64,000 nucleotides of DNA, from contig NW_027590189.1 of the NCBI RefSeq assembly GCF_964213995.1, forward strand, positions 186,001 through 250,000. Direction: 5' to 3'. The translations under genes were made by a program, and so were the position numbers. The notes beneath the pieces were generated by a model. The model was given only the letters and a program-made list of their open reading frames with translations, was not told where the DNA came from and did not search any database. Each line of letters begins with the position of its first letter. Positions within the stretch are counted from its first letter, which is position 1. This document shows, piece after piece, positions 62,240-64,000 of the stretch. Origin of the DNA: Mustelus asterias. Taxonomy: Eukaryota.

Positions 62240-63068
62240 GACTTCCAATGGGCTGACGAATGGCAGATGGAGTTTAATTTAGATAAATGTGAAGTGATGC
62301 ATTTTGATAGATCAAAACAGGGCAGGACTTACTCAGTTAATGGTTGGGCATTGGGGAGAGTTATAGAACAAAGAGATCTAGGGGTACAGGTTCATAGCTC
62401 CTTGAAAGTGGAGTCACAGGTGGACAGAGTGGTGAAGAAGGCATTCAGCATGCTTGGTTTCATCGGTCAGAACATTGAATCCAGGAGTTGAGACATCTTA
62501 TTGAAGTTGTATAAGACATTGGTAAGGCCACACTTGGAATACTGTGTACAGTTCTGGTCACCCTATTATAGAAAGGATATTATTAAACTAGGAAGAGTGC
62601 AGAAAAGATTTAGTAGGATGCTACTGAGATTTGATGGTTTGAGATATAAGGAGAGGCTGGATAAACTGTGACTTTTTTCTCTGGAGCGAAGGAGGCTGAG
62701 GGGTGATCTTATAGAGGTCTATAAAATAATGAGGGGCACAGATCAGCTCGATAGTCGATATTTTTTCCCAAAGGTAGGGGAGTCTAAAACTAGAGGGCAT
62801 AGGTTTAAAGTGAGAGAGGAGAGATACAAGAGGGTCCAGAGGGGCAATTTTTTCACAGAGGATGGTAAGCATCTGGAACAAGCTGCCAGATTAGTAGTAG
62901 AGGCGGGTACAATTTTGTGTTTTAAAAAGTGGTTACATGGGTAAGATGGGTATAGAGGGATGTGGGCCAAATGCGGGCAATTGGGACTGGCTTTGTGGTT
63001 AAAAAAAGGGGCGACATGAACAAGTTGGGCCAAAGGGCCTGTTTCCATGCTGTAAACCTCTCTGACTC
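62240..63068 (+). mobile_element. CR1 3' fragment
   Basis: WQMEFNLDKCEVMHF, QRDLGVQVH, ctgtaaacctctctgactc tail. Confidence 0.85.
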
Positions 63069-63286
63069 GAATGGAAATAGCAGGGAATTCACTGAACATC
63101 TGTCCCTTGCAAATGATAATTAAATAAATGATTGACATAAACACCAACACGAGCCACCACACCACCACCCCGCGCCCCCCCCTCCCCCGCCGCCACAGAA
63201 ATAAGCTACATAAATGGAATTTTGTGTGGGGAAATCACTTCAAACAACAAAGAGCTTTTCAAAGTGGCTAAAGGTGACTGAAACAG

Positions 63287-63450
63287 GAGATCGGCATCCT
63301 TCTGATCCGGGATCAGTAAACCATTCCGAGGAGAATATCACCTCCAGACACGGAGATCAGTATCCCCCTGATCCGGGATCAGTAAACCCTTCCGAGGAGA
63401 ATATCATCTCCAGCGATTAGCGGAGATCAGTATTTCCTTCATCCGGGATC
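63287..63450. repeat. ~65-70 bp tandem repeat x2.4
   Basis: ggagatc(a/g)g..tgatccgggatcagtaaacc.ttccgaggagaatatca.ctccag at 63287, 63352, 63422. Confidence 0.85.
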
Positions 63451-63667
63451 TTACCTATTACAGGTTTTATGTCTTTTATGTATCATATCTAAACTGTTGC
63501 TTCTTAATAACTGAGTGAAAAATCACCGGCGACTTCTATCCATTTTTCAAATGCTCAGGCCAGCATTTATTGCCCCTTCCTCATTACTCTTGTGAAGGTG
63601 GTGGTGAGCTGCCTTCTTCAATCACTGCAATCCCTGTGGTACAGGTACACGGTGCTGTTAGGGAGGG

Positions 63668-64000
63668 AGCTTTTAAACCTCTTCTCACAGTCCAAGCATT
63701 TAAACAGTCTCTTCTCAATGTGAACAAGTTGATGTTTACTGAGATACAATGACTGAGTGAATCCCTTCCCACACATGGAGCAGGTAAACAGCCTCTGCTC
63801 AGTGTTGTGCTTGTGTTGCAGCAGATCCATTGCACTTTTAAATCTCGTCACAATCAGAACATCAAAACCATGTATTTTTCGGTCTGAACAAGTTGATGTG
63901 AAATAAAGCTGCTTAACTGATTGAATCCCCTGTCACACACGGAGCAGGTGAACATGCTCCCTCAGTGGGAGTGCACCGGTGTTTTAGCAGGCTGGGTGAC
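63668..64000 (-). pseudogene. Degenerate ZNF 3' part, running in from the right edge and cut by a CR1-type tail
   Basis: [40 protein letters not shown] with upstream frameshifts. Confidence 0.7.

Overview
Vertebrate (very likely shark/elasmobranch, judged from HE1-type SINEs, CR1/L2/Tx1 LINEs and Penelope-type hairpins) tandem cluster of C2H2 zinc-finger genes with no KRAB/SCAN/BTB domain visible, embedded in dense transposon debris. About 11 ZNF exons or remnants are present. Four look essentially intact (7382+, 23333+, 40512+, 57345-). The others carry CGA>TGA stops, frameshifts or deletions. Most are arranged as divergent pairs around CpG-rich NRF1/YY1/CCAAT promoters. The window also holds a near full-length CR1 LINE (11445-15719, minus), an internally deleted copia (GalEa-like) element, a ~31-unit minisatellite grown out of a ZNF first exon, and a captured MYADM-like coding fragment. 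The most striking signals are: (i) the 3' end of one Tx1-clade LINE at the same nucleotide just before the exon-1 splice donor of three paralogous ZNF genes, each with a different 5' truncation (candidate ZNF-targeting retrotransposon); (ii) a U_UUA_AAC slippery heptamer that joins CR1 ORF1 to ORF2 in the -1 frame; (iii) a Penelope-type hairpin that has captured 177 bp of neighbouring DNA. All family names come from motif recognition by eye, not database searches. Repeat boundaries are approximate.
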